From contig CM082577.2 in the NCBI GenBank assembly GCA_040954595.2, positions 8,085,846 to 8,149,845 on the forward strand: 64,000 nt of DNA. The letters are read 5' to 3'. A program made the position numbers and the translations under genes. Positions 29,045-42,901 of the stretch are shown here, piece after piece; position 1 is the stretch's first letter, and every line of letters begins with the position of its first letter. This stretch comes from Balanoglossus misakiensis (taxonomy: Eukaryota > Animalia > Hemichordata). Below the pieces are notes generated by a model that worked only from the letters and a program-made list of their open reading frames with translations, was not told the DNA's origin and made no database searches.

Positions 29045-31624
29045 TATCAAAAGTTAGAAACGTCGTCTTGAGTAACTGGTATAAGAAAATGAAATGACAG
29101 CGCAACAATTTGCAGGTATACCGTTGTTCCGTTTCTTAAACTCACTCAATAAGGGACGGGAGCGAGAGACTATTACTAGCTAGTTTGACATATCGTCAAA
29201 AAGGTCGAATTGAACTAGCCTGATTTGATAGTACGTCTCGTAGAACTTTCACTTTTAAGACAGGAATTGACACATGTCATAGCCAGGACTTACACCGACA
29301 AAAGTGAACAATGTCGCACTCTATGATAATGACCATACACAAGGGTTAACTTAAAGGGGCGTGCCACCTGGCCACCCTTACATATGTTTCAACATATGCA
29401 AATTAAGAAAGTGTACGCATGCGTCGGAGAGAAAGTGTTTCGCCGCTGAGCTCGAACTCTCTCCCTGGAGACTGTCTGTGCAAGAATACACGGGGCTTGG
29501 CGCCGAGCAGAAGTACACAGCACGGTGAGATGCTCTTAGTTTGATCATCTTTACAACACGCTCAGGCATTTTCTTCAAAAAACTGCTCTGTCATATTTAA
29601 GGGAGCTAATATCTTTAAGGTAGGTCGAAAGGGAACGCTGAAGCGAGGTATAATTTGGGGCCGGTAACGGGTAATCTACGAGTGTGCTGTGCGCTGGCGA
29701 TTAATGCCGGTACGTGCCTGTATTGTGTATGCACCATACTGCAGTGCAGTGCAATGCACCTCATCTGAAAATTCCGATCGCGTGATGAGGGTCAATACAT
29801 TCGTTAGCAGGGGTGGTTTGCCCTCATTATTTAAACATAAGGTGATTGATTGCAAATGTAAAACATCGCTATTATTGATCATTCGACATTTTACTCAAAG
29901 CTTGCATAGTTCAGTTTTGTTTAGGGCCATATACATGTAGATGGAAATGTATGCCTTCGATCGTGCAGTAATTACGGAGCGCAAAGCACAACAAAAGAAT
30001 GCCCTACTTACTGCGACATCACCCCCCATTATAATACTCTGAATCCCGAATTTTGACGAGACGGTAAATTTGCATCAGACTGCTCTCAATTGACCTCCTT
30101 TCAGCTCGGTCGTCTGGGGGCAAGTTGACCGCATGAGAGATTGCTGGCCCGCCGTCGCCAGACAGAGTTGCATGGACAATTTTGAATGATTTTGGGGGGG
30201 GGGGGGGGCTATTCCACCTCATAATCATGCTTTAATCGAAAATGCATCTAAATATCAGCCAGGCACTTTTCATCTTTTTCCCGCACTTTTCGATCGCATT
30301 CGTCCACGAATTCAACCGATGTTTGGACGATGAACCCGCCATACAGACACCGGGCGGCCTCGTGGTTACAGCTGGCTAGCAGAGAGCTAGCGGAATCATT
30401 GTGTAGTTAATCTGTATCACGTTAGACACAGCCCCTTCCGACTACAGACGTCCGTGGTTTGAGCTGAAGTATCACGCCCACCGAAATTTCCCTTAGAAAA
30501 TGACATGTCGCTCACGAGTAAAGCAACCACCGTTGTAATTTATAGCATAAACCCTCATATCTCGCTGTTCCCAATATTGAACTAGATACAGTGGCAAACG
30601 TATCGTGAGCTTTGACCCCTTTTAAATTTACTTTACATATTAATAGTATTTCACCCTCATGCGCTTGGCAGTTATAAATATGTTGACGAAATCAGAGTGT
30701 CAGCTCGGAAAACGCGACAAACGGTGAAATTGTCAGCAAAGATGGATTTGATTACTCAGTGGTCTTTTTAAAGTGAACTTTGTAACGCAGCCTTCGAAAT
30801 GGCTTATCGCAAAGATTTCATTTTATGACATCTTGAACTTCTACGTCCATTTTATGGATCGCAGTACAAACACGACCGACGACGACCGATCTGCTAGTGT
30901 CTATGATATAACTTTAAAGCTGTGATACAGTTACATGTATTGTTCATCATGCTCACGACCGGACGAAAACGCCGACTCCTCGCGCGCACAGTCAACTGGT
31001 TCAACAATGCAAATGTAGTTCGCACAAAGAAAGGGTTTGGCTCTTTCAAAGCTGAAGAAAGTGGTCAAAGTTGATGTGAATGGATGTTTTCTGTCTCTAA
31101 GGCTATTCGTTTATACGCAGATCCATTGTCGTCTAGAAAATATCGAGTTGAAAGGCGTTACTAGTTGTTAGTGTTCGTTGTAAATCATCAAGGTCTCATA
31201 ACATTAATTACTAATCCTTGGACGTGAACTTCATGTCAAGAAAAGGATATTTGGCCGGCAGCCTTTGAGCTTCAAAACTATATGGTGTTTTACAACATTT
31301 TCCCTGCATGGTTTGATATGTGGGCATGTACATGTTGCCGAACTGTACGGCATCAGGTCCCAACATTCTAATCGACGTACTCGGTCACTAGACGCCGCGC
31401 ATCTGGTTAAGGCATGCAGTAACAATATTGATAAACTCTTCAATGGAGGTATATGTAACTGTAAGGCCCTCTGTTACTCGGGCTATTGTTCAAGTGACTG
31501 GGGTGCTGTGTAACACAGACATTTGTTACCGTGTGTGCCGTACACCCACCAAGTCTAGAAGTTGCGACCAGCTACAAGAACAGAAATGATTAGTAGTGAT
31601 AATAATTATTTGAGTACATGTATG

Positions 31625-31774
31625 TACATACATACATACATACATACATACATACATACATACATACATACATACATACATACATACATACATACATACA
31701 TACATACATACATACATACATACATACATACATACAGACAGACAGACAGACAGGCAGGCAGGCAGGCAGGCAGG
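31625..31774. repeat. Compound microsatellite (CATA)n(CAGA)n(CAGG)n
   Basis: Directly visible tetranucleotide arrays. Confidence 0.98.
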
Positions 31775-34376
31775 CATACATATTGTTAATTAAGGTACAT
31801 GTATTGTAGCCACACTTCCTGTATTGCCAAGGAAACAATTGTAAGGGTTATTTTGAGCACCACATCACCTGATGTTAGTGATGTAACAATGCGTAACTAC
31901 GAGACTGGACCTCAGTCTGTGTTATAACAGTATATCATTGCCAGAGATACTAGCGAACTCCAAGCTAGCCTGGAGTCATTGTTCTTCACGGTTCGCGTAG
32001 CAGATGTCATCAAGATACGCGTGCTGTTTTTTTCCAAACGCGGGCATGTTACATAACACATTTTAGGTACAAATGGTAATAAGGGTCAGTCTCCGATTAG
32101 ACTTGTTCAAAACGTGCGGACCCGCAACGTTCTCTCAGCGGTTGATTGTAGAATTCGACTCGGTCGGTGAGAATTTAACCTGAGCACGCAACATGAACGA
32201 GGCGACTGCGAACGGCTCCCGCTGTCTGACTGTACAGTCATCAGGTGATGTGGATTTTTATTGGAAAAAAACACTTGTCGTTTGCATGCAAATGATGGTT
32301 TGGCGATTGTCATCGTTGATTGCAATCCGAGAAAAGGAGTCCTGTCTCTTAAACCGACCGCACTGTTGCACATACAATTACACTGTGATTCTCTTTCGAC
32401 TACATACTTAGCCGGCCCAGAAAAGGTCTATTTGGTTACACATGGACATTCGGTCGAGTCTATTGACGACCGGGTGGCATTAGACATTATGTTTCCTTTC
32501 ACTCCCCCTGGGCTGGTAGCCACATGTACATCTATATCAATTTTATGATTGGTATTTTATGAACGAGACGATTTCAGCGAAGGACACCTTTCGTCAATAG
32601 CGGGCGCCTACGGCCAGCTGCGATGAACGTCCTTTCGGTGACCTTGAAAGTACGGGATAGTAAGGTCTCGTCGCGTATTCTTAATTTCCTTGCAGTTGCA
32701 CACACAAAGCCTTGTGTAACTCACAAAAACAAGAAGAGTCTTGTATCGCGGATGCTGCCTTTAAAACCTGTAGTACACATCTTTTATGCGTTTTTGTTAA
32801 CCAGAAAATATCTTCCAATTGTCTTCTGTATTGTTTGGGTTCCCTCTTTATTATCACTAAGCAATTCGGGGACTTACCATGCTTAGCATTACTTTCATTG
32901 GCGATGGAATGCATGAGCACACAAATTAAAGCAATTATGTCTCATTTGTGTAGATTAATTGATGGAGTCGGCAAGTAAGATATGCACATGCAAGCATGCC
33001 AAATATTTGTCAATAATTGTTTTGTATTAAAATGTGTGTATTTTGGATTAACTGTACACGTATTAAATTTTATCGATATTTCGGCGGTTTCTGATGTGTG
33101 CAAGAGTGACATTGATCGCTAGGGGTTGCATTTCTCGTTGTTATAATTTATAATTATATGATTGTCTAATATAAAACGCCGTCCACTCAGTGGGGTAGTT
33201 TGTACAGCGGTACCAGAATCACGTTTTCCGCGGCGACTAGTCCTTGAATACTGTGTTTATGATTCGAATAATCGAATGCCTCGCAACTGTTCAAACAAGA
33301 AGTTAAATTATTGTGAGCATTCCCATTGTTAAAGGCTATAAAGGAAACGTGTATCTATGAAATTTCCGTTTCACAAGCCTTGTTGTAAATTCTTTGGCTC
33401 ATCGTCGACGCTTCGTCAATTAAATCGCGAATATCACACGAAATTATCCTTTTAACGTATCGCATATCCTCAATAAATGTTTGAAAGACTTGCTGAACAG
33501 AAGGTTGGAACGCTTAGGACTGGGCTGTGAAACTGACAAAATCTCGACATCTCTCGGCTGCAGTACAGACAAAGAAAAGACAGTCTTGTTAAAGTGCGTC
33601 ATAGCTAACAACGTCTGAGCATGCGCCTGAATCAGCAGTCGATCACGAAGGAGAGATTTGTGTGATGAGTCTACGACGAACACCAACAATTTACAACATG
33701 GGTTGTAAAACGGAAATGCCAATTAGGGCATTTATAAATAAGCATTTGCACATATACTAGTATAGTGCATTACACGAGGTCCTCTTTGTTGTTGCCGTTC
33801 GGTGCAAAGGTGCACTTGTGTTTTGGCGGCTACCGTGTTATCATGATTGATGGTTCCCAGTGAGATCCGGACGGGTCTATGACGGCCCGTCTCTCGGCAT
33901 GTGACATCCGCTCTTCTGTACAAACACACTTTGTTGATGGTTACGTATTTGGGTATTTTTAGGATTCTACGTTTGAAGATATGTTTTGTACATTGTCAGA
34001 TAGACATTTCGGTGTTTGGCAGACTCGCATATAGATCTTCGCCATGTTGCTGCATTTTGTGCTAGAACAACCCTGCTGTGATGGTGTGTACTTAGCAATA
34101 TGTCCGAGAACGATTCATTAATAATTCTAGAGGTTGAAGTTTATTGAAACCTAGCCATGTGCTTTGGGCTTTTTGAACCCAAAGACAGAAACACGACCGG
34201 TTCTTTGGCAGTTGTTTCTCTGCCGTTTTAGGAAGAGAAATTTCATTATGGCGAAGTGTTGTCATGGAAATGGAAAATCGATGGCGGCACGAATCGTCTT
34301 AAAGTTTCGCCAGTGAAGGGAACACTCGTTTGTAATGTTTCTGTTATTCCTTATTTCTCTCTCTGTAGGACTTCCA

Positions 34377-37300
34377 ATGGCTCAGACGCGAAGAGGAGCT
34401 CGTGCACAGCAGGCCGCAGAAACGACAACGAACGGTCAGAACGTGTCGACGAATGGTGCGATGAAGGGGGCGGCAGACCAGACTCCCGGGGAGTGGGGAC
34501 GAGCCTGGTAAGTACTCGCATCCTCAAAGGGATAAAATCGGATACATTTCGACATTTTCACTCAGTAATTGCCGTAGTAACGCCAGCTTTGGGCTATTAT
34601 CTCGGTTGTTTTGCTTTGGGTATCAACTTTGGTTTCTTGTTCTGCTCGGTAAAGCATTAAGAATGGCAGTGTTCGGCTCCTCGATACAACCCCTTTTGTT
34701 ATCTTAAAGTTGAACATCAGTTTGTCAACAATAACAATGGCCGTTACGCATTGACTATTGAGAAGCTATGGACTAAACATCTCATCAATCTATCGTGAGT
34801 AGAACAAGAAACTAGAGTTAATACATGGGAGAACAGTACTGAAAACATGTGCCAAAAAGTTGTACTTACGGGGCTTAAAAACTCTGCTGTTCTGTAGATT
34901 CTACAGGTATAACATTAAAAGTGGCAACCTCATGCGCGAAACGAATCGGGCTAGTGGCGTCATCAATGGTGACATATAAATAGCTTTAATTCGTCGACCC
35001 GTAGTCGGGGTCAGGCGAATACCTGCGTAGTATATATACATATAGTCGTATGTTGCAAATAAGCAGTCATCCACCTATCTTATCCCCGTATCAAGGCCAA
35101 TCACGACTGCATCTATACGATGCTTGTAAAACCCCTGACGGTGAATCATATCCACTCAAAAATTGTTTTTATCAAACAATTTCTTTTCTGAGAGAATGGT
35201 GCGACATTCATCGTTAATTTAGTATCTGTACATACATACATGCATGCATACATACATACATACATACATACATACATTGTACATACGCACGCACACACAC
35301 ACAACATTACATTACATTAATTACATACAAGACAGGCAGGCAGGCATAGATAGACTACTTCTCAAATCCTAGTACACATCGTTATAATTTCTCCAAGAGC
35401 GGAACTATCACCAACCGTTTCCTTATGGTAGTTTTATCGGTTTGTCTTAACAGGGAAGTTGACCTTTTCACGTACATTGGCGTCATCGGCCTTATGATAT
35501 TCACTCCGCTGATGGTGTTTTACTTCTACGTGTCCTGTGATCAGTACCAGTGCGCCCTCAGTGGTCCTATTTTGGACGTCTATCATGGTGCAGGCGTCTA
35601 CGACATGTGGCAGAAACTACCCAGCGCCACTTTCAGTGCGTGGAAAGTTGGAATGATCTGGATGGCATATCAGGTGTGTGTTTAAGTCATTCTTGTTTGC
35701 TGTTTTGGCATACGAATAATAAAAAATATGTATACAGTGCATAAATGCATATCTCTATAAACTGTAAACGTAGGATTATTTTTCTCCAAATATAACTTTT
35801 ACTCTGTCATCATGACACGTGGCTTGTCGCTGAATATTCAAGCGCAGTGTGACATTCGGTTCGACGGCTAGAGAATGAACGTTTATGAGAAATCAGTTGT
35901 GTTGGTCAAAAGCAAGTCTCACTGTCCTTCACGTTCACGGTTATGAACCAGACTTCAGTGAACTGTTTCATGAGTTCAAGTTTACCTTGAGTTAGAGTGG
36001 GCATCTGTTGACAATATTAACGTCTTAACGAAATTTCGTATTTTTGCTTATTCACCTGAAGATTATCCAATACTTCGTCCCAGACGTTTTGCACTATATT
36101 ATACCCAGCTACAAAGGCGGTGTTCAACCCGGGGCCGTCACACCCGCCGGTAACCAGATGTTGTACCTGGTGAACGGGCTGCAAGTCTGGGTCATCACGC
36201 ACGTTCTCTTCTTCGCCAACGCTTTCTACTTCCACTGGTTCACACCTGGCATCGTGTTCGACAACTGGGGCGGGCTGCTGTGGGTGGCCAACATCGTCGG
36301 CTACCTGCTGTCGACGTTCGCCTACGTGAAGGCGCACCTCTTCCCGACCAGCCGCGAGGACCGCAAGTTCAGCAGCAACAAGCTGTACGACTACATGATG
36401 GGCGTCGAGCTCAACCCCAGGATCGGCAAGTGGTTCGACTTCAAGCTCTTCTTCAACGGCCGGCCGGGCATCGTGGCCTGGACCATCATCAACCTGTCGT
36501 TCGCCTTCAAGCAGTACGAGCTGTACGGCCACGTGACCAACTCCATGATCCTGGTCAACATCTTGCACGCCATGTACGTCGTCGACTACTTCTGGAATGA
36601 GACGTGGTACCTCAACACGATTGACATCTGTCACGATCATTTCGGGTGGTACCTGGGATGGGGTGACAGTGTTTGGCTGCCTTACATGTACACTCTACAG
36701 GTATTTTCATTGTTTTTTTTTTTTTTTTTTAATACTTACAAAATTATTTAAAGCCCTAAAAGCCTATCAGCTGTTTCTATGGAGATTGATGCCCATTTAG
36801 GGGTCAAGTCATGAAGGGGCTGATCACATGCACAGCTACAATTTTTCTCTTTAGATTGTAAACGAAGATTCTACCTACAAACCCACCCAATATTTGGACG
36901 AATTTCTCAGCCCCCCCCCCCCCCCTTCCGACACACGCGCGCATCCCTTAAAATCGCAGGAACGTATGCACTGTGGTACGGGTGTGAATGGAGTCAGGTT
37001 TGAGTGTGACCTGTACGAGTCACATGACCACTGTTTACAATGTTTCCACTCACGAGAATGTGTTGACCTCTTTTTCAGTGTTTCTACCTGGTCTACAACC
37101 CAGTCGTCCTGTCCACCGTGCACTGCGCCGTCGTCCTGACCCTGGGGCTGTGCGGCTACTACATCTTCCGCGCCGTCAACCACCAGAAGGACCACTTCCG
37201 CAAGCACGACGGCGACTGCCTCATCTGGGGCAAGAAGCCCGAGTACGTCCAGTGCAGTTACTTCTCGTCGGACGGCAAGAAGCGACAGAGCAAGCTGCTG

Positions 37301-37543
37301 CTGTCCGGCTGGTGGGGTGTGGCGCGTCACATGAACTACACGGGCGACCTGATGGGGTCCCTGTCGTACTGCCTGGCCACCGGCTTCGGACACTTGCTAC
37401 CCTACTTCTACATCGTCTTCATGGCCATCTTGCTGATACACAGATGTCTACGTGACGAGCATCGCTGCAGGAACAAGTACGGGAAGGACTGGGATCGCTA
37501 CATTTCCATCGTCAAATACAGGTTGATACCAGGTGTTTTTTAG
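34377..37543 (+). CDS. DHCR7: 7-dehydrocholesterol reductase (ERG4/ERG24 family), complete, 4 coding exons, ~484 aa
   Basis: Exons 34377-34507, 35454-35673, 36062-36700, 37079-37543, all with GT-AG boundaries and consistent phase (1455 nt). Diagnostic peptides: [113 protein letters not shown]. Confidence 0.97.
35229..35350. repeat. Degenerate (CATA)n/(CA)n/(CAGG)n microsatellite in a DHCR7 intron
   Basis: Visible short tandem repeats. Confidence 0.85.
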
Positions 37544-39993
37544 ACATAATTTTGTAAAAAATTACCGTGCGAGCGGTATTTATAGCCCAGTTAAACGAGT
37601 AGTTATGCCTCGATCAGTATCCATATTTTCGGTCCCGATTAAAATTTAACAAATGCAAATTTACGTTGACATGCGCAGTGCGCGTGGTATGTAATTTTTG
37701 TCCAAGATTTGTAGTTTCTTAAAACGTTTTTTTTTCCTTCCCTGAACCAGATGAGGTTGATGCGCACATATTCTGGTTTGTCTGTATTCCTCTTGTTCGT
37801 TAAATTATTAATTTTACAAGAGTTCTCGAACTCAGCTGACAGCATTTTGCGAATACAGAATGTATGTATGTTTAACATGACCTATATGTTTACTGGTACA
37901 TTATGATTTTGTAGTCCGTGAACAGGCTCAGCACTTACAAGTCTTAATATGATTTTGCAGTACGTGTTCTTGAACCTCAAAACTTAGGAGTCTTAAACTT
38001 GTACACACACTTTACTAGACTGTACACTGCACAAAATAAATGCAAAATTTCGGGTCTCCATGCAGAATTTTAGAATTGGAGAACTTGGTTTATAGCACAT
38101 ATTGGAATGCCTTTCTGCGCATGTCCAGAGTTGTATTGCAGAGGCTGACGAGGTTAAACTTAATATTTAAATTTTTGGCTTGGGTATCCCATGGGCGCTA
38201 CTAATCGTGATGATATTGGTATTGCCCATGCGATATCACACATTGCTTTGCTGAGGTTAAATAGTTTGGGTACTTGCCATTGTTAACGTTTCTTGTAGCA
38301 GAGGCATGTGCTTAGTGATTGTCTGTTGATGACATGATTAGTCTAAGACATGAAAAACAAACTGCCAATAATCGAGCCGTAGGAAAAGTTTTTGAGGTGA
38401 CGGAATGAAGGTTCGCATGGGAACACCTGCTTGATCTAACTTTCAGATTGGATGAAGTATTTAATTACCGGTACTAATATTAACCCTGTGATGAGCCGAT
38501 TACTGAGGTTTCGAAAGATTGCTTCACACGCACATGGGGTGAATGTATTTCTCGTGTTCTTTTGGTCAAAGGTTGCCAAGATTGAAATCTGGCCTTCGAT
38601 TCCCAATTATTACGAAAGCTGTACTTTATGTAACTTAGATGCATGGTTATACAACGCCTTATTCATAAAATGGAATTACTTATGAAATATGATATAGTTT
38701 TCTCTATTTTACACATTTTCCCCCTCAAGAAGGCTGAAATGTCCTGTTGCTGTCTGTTCGGCTGCGCGATATTCTCCGTTATTTAAAGCAATTAAGACAA
38801 GTAGCAAGACGCATTCAGTGTGTTTTAGAAGAAAGTAGAGGCTGCCCCCTCTGTCGTGTTTAATTTATCCCCCGTTGATAAATTTTCAAGATGGCTGCTT
38901 CACGCGAATCGATAAACATGTGTCGACATTGTTTTTGCGGTCACTGAGTTCTCACACAATTTGAAGAAACGTCTTTATACCTATTGCGTACTGCGGCTTC
39001 TTGACCTTCTACCAAAAAAATATTTCTGGTCGCCGATAGTATGCAAATAACCTACAGATATGATATTTTGACATAGATTGTTGTAAACTGTCGTATTTAA
39101 TTCTCACATCCGTACTTTGAATATTATCGTTGGGCATTGTAATATTGCTGTTAATGAACTTTTCGCCGAAAGCACGTTGTAAAACATATAAGCTCGTCTA
39201 TATTGTTTCTTGGGCTTCAATTATGATTCGGCATGTTTATGCTATACGTCAAATTAGTAGCCAATTTAGCAATTTTTGAGCATGGGGCACATTTCCATGT
39301 TTTTGCGCGTTGAATGACCCCCAAAACATTACCAGTAAATTCGGCCAGTGTTCTTTCCGTCTGTAGTCAATTTTTGAACTTTGCTCTGGCTGTGTCGTTT
39401 CATAGTGGTGGAATATGACACATTAGTGAGAATTAAGTTCAAAGATCATTAGGTTTTAGTTTTGAATGAGATGTTAAACTGGTTGCAAGTCCAAGTTTTA
39501 TAATGAATTACATTGTATAATTGTTAACGAGCAAATGACAGTAGCGCTAGTAGCATGAAACTACCACAGTTCTTCACGCTGTTTCACAAAGTAAGATAGT
39601 GTCTGTGAATTGAATATTTTTATTGAAGTCCAGCGAAATTGGTGAATGGTGTTTCATTGTGAAAGTCTGTATTATTATTATATCAACATTCCTTCGTGAT
39701 TTTTGACATTGTGGGTTCGAAGACCATTTGTACTTGAGTGATTTATTTGAAGCTGCGAAAGCGTCAACCGTTACAGCCATTTTGCTGACCAAGACAATCT
39801 TTGCATGTATATTTGCGTTTTGGATGAACTCTTACCTTTATACCGTTCTGTGTTAATGCACTAACGGCGATGTTTTATTCTCCGTGAGCCATGACTCAGA
39901 GGCTGAGCCATATTTAAATATTGTTTACCAAATACCACTGTTCTTGTGATCGAGTTTTGAATAAATAAGATATGGATTGAAGGTGAACTTCAC

Positions 39994-40150
39994 TTTGTTT
40001 GTGTATGTGTATGTATGTGTGTGTGTGTGTTTGTTTGTTTGTTTGTTTGTTTGTTTGTTTGTTTGTTTGTTTGTTTGTTTGTGTGTGTGTTGTTGTTGTT
40101 GTTGTTGTTGATTAATATAAAAATATGTGAAAAAAATATTTTTGTTTGTG

Positions 40151-40226
<76 letters not shown>

Positions 40227-40270
40227 GATTAATATAAAAATATGTGAAAAAATATGTTTGTTTGTTTGTT
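39994..40270. repeat. Compound (GT)n(GTTT)n(GTT)n array with a duplicated spacer
   Basis: Two units, each ending in GATTAATATAAAAATATGTGAAAAAA. Confidence 0.95.
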
Positions 40271-40592
40271 GACAGGTTAGGGTAAGGGTACATTCTTGCC
40301 TTTTCCGCGTTCTGCACCCTCGTCAATCATTAGTTTCATAGTTTCATTTCCGCCATGCTGGGGAAAACACAATCGTGATTTCTACATGACCTCATATCAC
40401 CGTTTTCAGTTCCGTATGTACAGAACACCAGATACTGCGGTCTGTCAGATCACATGTCCGCATGTGAAAACCTACGCTGGTGAAATCCCGTGTGTACTAC
40501 TGTATCTGGCGCATGCGGCCAGGTGCTAATGTGGGTATCGACCAAGCAAGCTCACTGTCTTCCCTCTGTGGACATTTGAACTGTCTGGACCA

Positions 40593-42828
40593 ATGGAGCG
40601 ACTACTTTACGCAGGGATTATAAGCGCACTCGTACTTGGTGGTAGGTGGAATTATACTAGTCTATGTAATAATACAGTGCCTGTGAACAACGTTCAATCT
40701 ATGCTTGACATGAAGGAGAAAGAATCGGCCTAGACTTGCTCCAAGTCTATGGGCTTCATTATGTGTAGGGAACGCGTAGGCTTGGTCGACGCTACCCGAA
40801 ACCACAAGCTCAGTCCCAAATTCGAAACTCGCCTCACTACCAAAAACACGCTCAAGGCAAGCATGCACGCAAAAAGTATTGCAATTATTTATTAAGCCAA
40901 AAAAAAACACACCGAAAACACAAAAAGTATTGAGATTTAAAAATCCCCAAGCGACTAGTGGGCTAGTCTAGAATCGGCCCAAAAAGAGGAAGTACGAGGT
41001 AACTGGTTTTGTTCCGCTTCAATGCTATTGCTGTCGGGCTCATATACGGTGGGTGATTTCCCGTTAAATGGGTCGCGTGATCACCCGAGGAGATGGAAGC
41101 ATAAAGCATGGCAGACGTCACAAGGATTGTCGCCTACAGAGGATTTAAACGTACACGCAGGTACCCGGAGCTTCACTTATATTCATCCCTCTGCTGACTA
41201 AACAAATGGGGAGAATAGACACATGGTGTTGGTAGTCATGGGAATTTAAACCAACCATGTTCTGACACAAGAAACATATATACAAGTACATCCTATGTCC
41301 TATATAGACATTATTATGTAAAAAAGAAGATATATCGATATCTTTGTTTTTCATCTGTAGCTGATCTGACCATTTGTCCGGAAAATGGACGAACTGTTTC
41401 TATAAAAGAGGTAAGCTCTTACGGGTGAATTCATTTTCTAATCTTATGCAAATTAGTCAAAAAGAAATATTGCTTCTTTGAGCACATCTGGACGGAAATA
41501 ACTGAAAATAAAAAATGGCGGATATATAATTTATTCCGCCAGATATTTAAAACAAATTTCGCAGTGGAATATTTTCTCGTGTTAGTAGTCAGCTTTATGA
41601 CTATTTATGTATATAGTTGCTAAATCAATATCCTGATTCTTTGCAGAGTTTATACATCGACGAAAAGGTTTGTGAGTTGCCGTCTGACCTCAAAGCAGAT
41701 TCTAATATAACTTTATGGAGTGGTAACGAGGTGAGTTAATCTGAGGATGGCATCATCTACAACTACACCGCACGTTTTTGTCTAGTTTTGTTAAAGACAA
41801 AATAACATATAAATGTTTCCGACTCACAACAATTTCAAACTCTCTGAAATAAAACGGATTCCGAAGCAGAAATATATTATAATTATTCGCCAAATGATGA
41901 ACCTTTTTCAATTCAGCAGTTTATTATTTTTATTTCAGAATGATCGATTTGGGTTGCGCTATATCGACGGCTCATGGGCAGTCGTCGTGAAGAATTTACT
42001 TGACAGTAAAAATGTTGGACACTTCTACAAGCTTCAAATAAAAACGGTAATATACAGGCCATGGCTGATTGATTGGTTGGTTGGTTGGCTGGCTGGTTGA
42101 TTGGTTGGTTGGTTTATCTTCTTCGGGAGTTGACGTGGCAAATATGAAACTGTACAGTTTGTCAAATGTCGCAACTATCATATGCATACACGTTCCATAG
42201 TGTAATGTTGAAGTTAATTTGCTACTTTATGTGTACATGTACTTCAAATTTTCTTCCAGGACAGTGGTACGGGTATCCAACCAGTGAATATCAAAGTGGA
42301 AGATGTTGAAGATTGGCCGCCCGTATTCAACTGTAGTTGCGCTAATACAATAAGAAATACAGACACTTTGAAATCTGTAAGTGAACTAGTGTTAAGGAGA
42401 TGGTAGCAGACAGACAGACAGACAGACAGACAGGCAGGCAGGCAGGCAGACGATTTTTGTAGACAGGCAAATGCACACATATTACGGAACCAGACATGAT
42501 TATATCTTTTGATAATACCGTAGCCGATATTTGCGTTCAGCAAAACGAATTAAATAGTTACCCTTAGTCATATTTGCATCTAACATGATTATTTTGAATT
42601 TTCTCATAGCCATGGGCTTTCGATGTAACAGGACGATATAAAATACCATTCATGGGTCGTCGTGAAAATTTTAGTCTGTCGTCGAGCAAAATAAAGCCTG
42701 GCTCCGTGTCATTTAGCATCTCAAATAACAAATGTAAGTAGAATTAGAATTTTTCATCATCATCCTCATCATCATCATCCATCAACACCACCACCACCAT
42801 CACCACCACCACCACCACCACCACCACC

Positions 42829-42901
<73 letters not shown>

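Noticed and set aside
31526-31838. ORFs with MYVC/YIHT repeats
   Set aside because: Translations of a (CATA)n microsatellite.
33660-33685. Hammerhead-ribozyme-like GTGATGAGTCTACGACGAAC
   Set aside because: Core deviates at essential positions (CUGAUGA, GAAA) and no stems I/III are evident.
33180-33730. Sterol-response-element-like and CCAAT motifs upstream of DHCR7
   Set aside because: Only partial matches to ATCACCCCAC, and the TSS is unknown.
36017-37393. Long minus-strand ORFs (207 aa, 172 aa) over DHCR7
   Set aside because: Antisense shadows of high-GC3 coding exons.
39925-40326. Poly-Gln / poly-Leu ORFs
   Set aside because: Translations of (GTT)n/(GTTT)n repeats; no splice or domain support.
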